From Selaginella moellendorffii (Eukaryota; Plantae; Lycopodiophyta): 64,000 nt of DNA. The notes under the pieces are model-generated. The model made no database searches, had not been told where the DNA came from, and worked only from the letters and a program-made list of their open reading frames with translations. The DNA is taken from assembly GCF_000143415.4 (NCBI RefSeq), contig NW_003314365.1, positions 62,001-126,000 of the forward strand, in the 5' to 3' direction. How positions within the stretch are numbered: position 1 is the first letter of the stretch; each line of letters starts with the position of its first letter. Shown one piece after another: positions 61,436 to 64,000 of the stretch. The position numbers and the translations under genes were made by a program.

Positions 61436-63724
61436 GCTGTTGGTAGTAATGTTGGTATTGTCGAGGTTGTTTTGTCAGGTTGTCACCATGGAGTCCTAAG
61501 GTGATTTGTAGCAAGGGGTTGTCAGGGTCAATAGCAAAGTTGGTGTAAGAAGAAGGTGGTGAATTGTTGTTGTTATTTAGTGGATTCTTCTCTGTTTTTT
61601 CTTCTATATTGGGACTATTTTTGGGTGTGTCATCGACGTCGTCGTCGGTGTCGAGTTGCTTGCCGGTGTTGATTTTTGGAAGATGGTGCTCAAACTTGTT
61701 GTCGACATATTTGTCAGAGTTATGTTGTCTTGGTTGTGGTTGTTCTTCTAAATTGTCAAAGAGTTCTTCGAATGTATAGTTGTGTGGTGATTGTGGTTGC
61801 TATGGAAGATTGTTGTCGTCGTCGACGATTGGTTTGTCGATCTCGTTGTTGTTGGATGATTGGAGCTGTTCGGCAGTTTGGTGTGAGTTGTTGACGTCGA
61901 GTGCTTGACTATTGGACAATTCAGGTTGTTCATCTTTACTGCTGTTGACTGAGTATATCGGAGGGCGACTATAATTGGTGAAGTCGAGTTGTTGTCTCGT
62001 CAGAGCGTTGAAGTTGAAAGCGTGTTCGAAAGGTCTTGCTGATAGTGGGCTTCGGTAGATGTTGGAAGCAAATGTGGGATATATTGGTGTTGTGAATATC
62101 GGTCAGTATGGTGAAAATGGTGCTGGTCTGGTGAAGTCTGTGAAGCTGGGCGGGAAACTTGGTCGTTCGTCATCACTGTAGATGGGGTTGGTGAATGTAC
62201 CTTTGAAGTGGTTGTATGCTGCTTGAAAAATGTTTTGTTGCTCGGGCGTAGTCTGTGTCGACTACTCAAATGTTCGGTCGGGCTCAGGCACTTTGGTGGG
62301 TGCCGTCAAGGGTGTTGATTTAGGCTCGGGCACTTTGGTGGGTGCCATTGAGGGTGCTGCCAATGGTGTGTCCGGTGGTGTTGTGTAGTTGTCGTATTCT
62401 TCGCAGATGTCCAATACTGGTTTGTTGGAGTTAGCTCGCGGTAATAATTTGTGTCGGATGTAATTCTATCTCTTGGAGGGTCTAACAATTTGATTCAACT
62501 TCTCTTAGTCTTTCTTTCTCTTTGTTTCTAAATTCTTCAAATCTCTATCTAAACTTCATATAAGCCGTTGTCGGTCTTCTTCCGACTTGCTGGATGTTCT
62601 TCGTGGTTTTGGATACATGCATTCTTCTACTGGTTGTTGGTGTCAGATTCGTGTCTGCAGTCAATCATGCAGTTCGAGCAGAGCTTCGGGAAGACTGTCG
62701 GCGGGCCAATTGTCGATAAAGTCGTTGTGAGGTTGTTATTTCTTTTCTGTGCAAATATTGACAGTGGTGCGTGTTGGGTTATGTTCAGCCGAGTTGTGTT
62801 GGGTCGAGTGTGCTGGTGCAGTATGCAGACTGGTCTTCCACTTGCTGGTGCCAAGATGGAGTTTGATGAAGAGTTTCAGATATTTGGGTTTTTCTGGAAT
62901 GATTTCTTCGATAATGTCGTCGAGTTGTTCGAGTCCGGATTGGGCGATGGCGTGATTGGCGAGAGTTGTTGTAGCGAACGTGTTGATTTCGAACCGAGTT
63001 CGGACTGTTGTTTTGGTGCTGAGCTGCTGACTCTATCGGAGGGGTTGTCGAAAAATTGGTGGTGCATTGTCAAGTTGTCCCTCAACAAGTTCTCTGATAC
63101 CGGGTAATAGAGTGATGGGTTCGTCATTGGTGTAGGTTCTGAGGATGTGCTTCGGTATTTGGAGTGGACGCAGGAATTGGAATTGTGTCGGAGCACTAGG
63201 ATTGTTGGGTCGACGACTGCACGGAAGATGAGTTCGTTTCAGCAGTGGTGTCGGTTTGTGTCGAGCGCGCTGGTTGAGGTCTCGAGCTTGGAGTGGGTGG
63301 TCTTGTGCTCGGAGATGGAGTTCGCCAATGAAGCTGTTGAGGGTGTCCGCTGATGAAGGTGCTGGTAGATTGGAGTTTCTTGTCAAAGAGGGCTGTTGGT
63401 GGTCTTTGTTGGTGATTGAACTCGGAGATTGAGAGAGAGAGCTTTCAGATTCTGCAAAGATCTCCTCTGAGAAGGGTCTGCCTCTACTGCGTTGGGCGGC
63501 GATCACTTGGACGCCGTTGATCCATATTGGTGGTGGCATTTGTTTGTTGAATTTGGGCGAATTGGGTGGCGAATTGGGTAGCAAATTGGGTGGCAAATTG
63601 GGTAGTGAATTTTGGCAAGTTGGGTAGATTGCTTGATCGTTCTTGCTATCTGCGCACAAAGAATGGAGAAAGAATGGAAGAATTTGTGAACCTAAAGGGG
63701 AATTCAAAAGCCGTGGTTGCCAAA

Positions 63725-64000
63725 TGAAGAGGTGTGAAAACTCCTCTTGGCTGGAAATCTATTGTTAGTAAGAAAACAAAAGAGAAAAAAGCCCGATCTC
63801 CAAGGGCAGAGAAGAAGCACGAATAAAAGAATGCTATGTATTAATAAGAAAAATGATGGAATGGAGATAGGGATCCACAATTCGGATTCCCCCTTTTGAA
63901 AGGCTAGTGGTTCTAACTGCTAGCATATACTATATGCTGTGCATGATTTAATCTATGGCTCCGATGCAGCCCTGGGTTCAAAGTCGGAGTCCCCTGAGCT
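63725..64000 (-). repeat. 5' LTR of E4 (truncated by the window end)
   Basis: Same LTR sequence with adjacent PBS. Confidence 0.93.

Larger units (their letters stand above)
1..64000. repeat. Tandem segmental-duplication array; unit = Gypsy element + gene-relic spacer (~15.4-16 kb when free of nested insertions)
   Basis: Near-identical ORFs and DNA recur, e.g. RT at 2104/24518/41879/58107. Left LTRs start at 18461, 38628, 54006 and right LTRs end at 8217, 32223, 48041, each with the same flanking sequence. Confidence 0.97.
54006..64000 (-). mobile_element. Ty3/Gypsy LTR retrotransposon copy E4 (most complete pol; 5' LTR runs off the window)
   Basis: CGATG 54001-54005; LTR 54006-54300; second LTR starts at 63725; retains an RH/INT segment missing in E1-E3. 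Confidence 0.95.

Overview
Eukaryotic plant repeat region. A lycophyte such as Selaginella is likely, inferred from 55-65 bp introns, PPR/F-box fragment style and a non-chromovirus Gypsy. The whole window is a tandem array. Each unit is a decayed ~9.3-10 kb minus-strand Ty3/Gypsy LTR retrotransposon (295-bp LTRs, CGATG target duplication) plus a ~5.6-6.4 kb spacer of gene relics. There are four element copies (E1 <1-8217, E2 18461-32223, E3 38628-48041, E4 54006->64000) and four spacers (A 8218-12848, B 12849-18460, C 32224-38627, D 48042-54005). The A/B junction is an empty, pre-insertion site. Spacers are built from diverged, oppositely oriented copies of a PPR / F-box-LRR / tRNA-like module, and B-D also carry four spliceable 3' exons of a START-like gene. 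E2 alone holds nested insertions: a hAT transposon (8-bp TSD) interrupted by a 194-bp solo LTR with a 5S rRNA-derived domain (Cassandra-like), and a separate 1.54-kb solo LTR with a minisatellite. No intact complete gene is evident. All comparisons were made by eye.
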